Below, piece after piece: positions 63,174 through 64,000 of a DNA stretch of 64,000 bases. Under the pieces are notes generated by a model. The model worked only from the letters and a program-made list of their open reading frames with translations, was not told the origin of the DNA and did not search any database. How positions within the stretch are numbered: position 1 is the stretch's first letter; the number at the start of each line of letters is the position of its first letter. The DNA lies in the NCBI GenBank assembly GCA_028534125.1, contig CM052817.1, positions 98,086,001 through 98,150,000 on the forward strand, read 5' to 3'. The position numbers were made by a program, and so were the translations under genes. Source of the DNA: Lama glama (lineage: Eukaryota).

Positions 63174-63771
63174 TGTTACCCGAAAATAGGTTCCTGTCTA
63201 GCACAGGAAAGAATTCAACAGCGAGATATAGTAAAGTGAAAGCAAGTTTATGTAGGGAGATGTACACTCCATACACAGAGTGCAGTCTGTCACTCAGAGG
63301 GGAAAACGGCTTATGAGATACACATTCTATAGGCAGAACGCAGGCCATCTCAAAAGGAGAGGGGTGGAAGCGAAGGAGAGAGAGTGTCCATGAGGTGTGA
63401 GGAAGTTTAGTTTAAAGTAAAAGCAGGTACACACTCCATGGACAGAGTGGAAGTCATCTCAGAAAGCAAAAGAGAGCAGCCATGAGGTGAGAGGTTGTCA
63501 GTTTTAATGGGCTCAGTAAATTCATATGCTAATGAGGAGGAGGATTATTTCAATTACTTTGAGGAGGAGATGGGATTTCCAGGAATTGGACCCCACCCAC
63601 TTTTTGACCTTTTATGGTCCGCCTGGGAACTGTCATGTTGCCTGTGGGTGCACCATGAGGCTCAAGGTCTACTGGAGGTCGAATCTTCTGCCGTAATGGT
63701 TCTAATCAGTTTGTCCTCCATTGCTGTTATTCCTTCAGTGATTATGCCCTGCCCTCTTCCCTCCTTTCTCA
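63174..63771 (-). mobile_element. ERV1-class solo LTR with internal degenerate repeats
   Basis: TGTTACC start. The minus-strand 5' end is TGAGAAAGGAGGGAAGAGGGCAGGGC. It shares blocks with the LTRs at 13824 and 29048. Confidence 0.82.
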
Positions 63772-64000
63772 GTAGTTTAGAGTTTGCTTGCTCATGATAG
63801 ACAACATTCTTTTGGCCAATTCTGCCTTCTCTCTCTCTCCTCACCTATGTGCAGCCCCGTTTTGGGTGTGTGGGGCAGGATTCTGCTGCATTTCTAGCGG
63901 GTAGCTACAGGTGGGAGTTTCATCCCATCGGTCACCCGTGTACATGGGTGGAAGCTGTTCCTTGACTTCTGTGGTAAAAAGATATACTTCCGACTCTCCC

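Noticed and set aside
1..64000. CRISPR array, operon or other prokaryotic/novel coding system
   Set aside because: The DNA is mammalian and repeat-rich, with no regularly spaced repeat-spacer array and no long ORFs.

Overview
This is mammalian, AT-rich, CpG-poor, non-coding genomic DNA, most likely camelid (alpaca or camel). The basis is three tRNA-derived Vic-1-like SINEs and young L1 3' ends of camelid type, recognised from memory rather than by search. I can support no protein-coding gene, tRNA/rRNA gene or CRISPR array. The supplied ORFs are short and mostly fall in repeats, microsatellites or the 500-N gap. Roughly half the window is layered transposon debris: ancient CR1/L3, L2 and MIR; MaLR (MLT1) and ERV1 solo LTRs; hAT and Tc1/mariner MITEs; old and young L1. 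The unique stretches between them look intronic or intergenic, with candidate regulatory motifs. The most unusual items are (1) an MLT1 LTR fragment cut at its poly(A) site with an A-tail and a perfect 15-bp TSD, which looks like an L1-made retrocopy of a transcript end; (2) two CR1 reverse-transcriptase fossils; (3) a three-tier MITE>LTR>2xL1 nest with readable TSDs; (4) L1 insertions with a 3' transduction, internal priming or a large internal deletion; (5) a young ERV LTR running into an assembly gap; (6) a CTCF site with its upstream motif. I see no evidence of a novel coding system. Repeat subfamily names are pattern-recognition calls that need RepeatMasker/Dfam confirmation.
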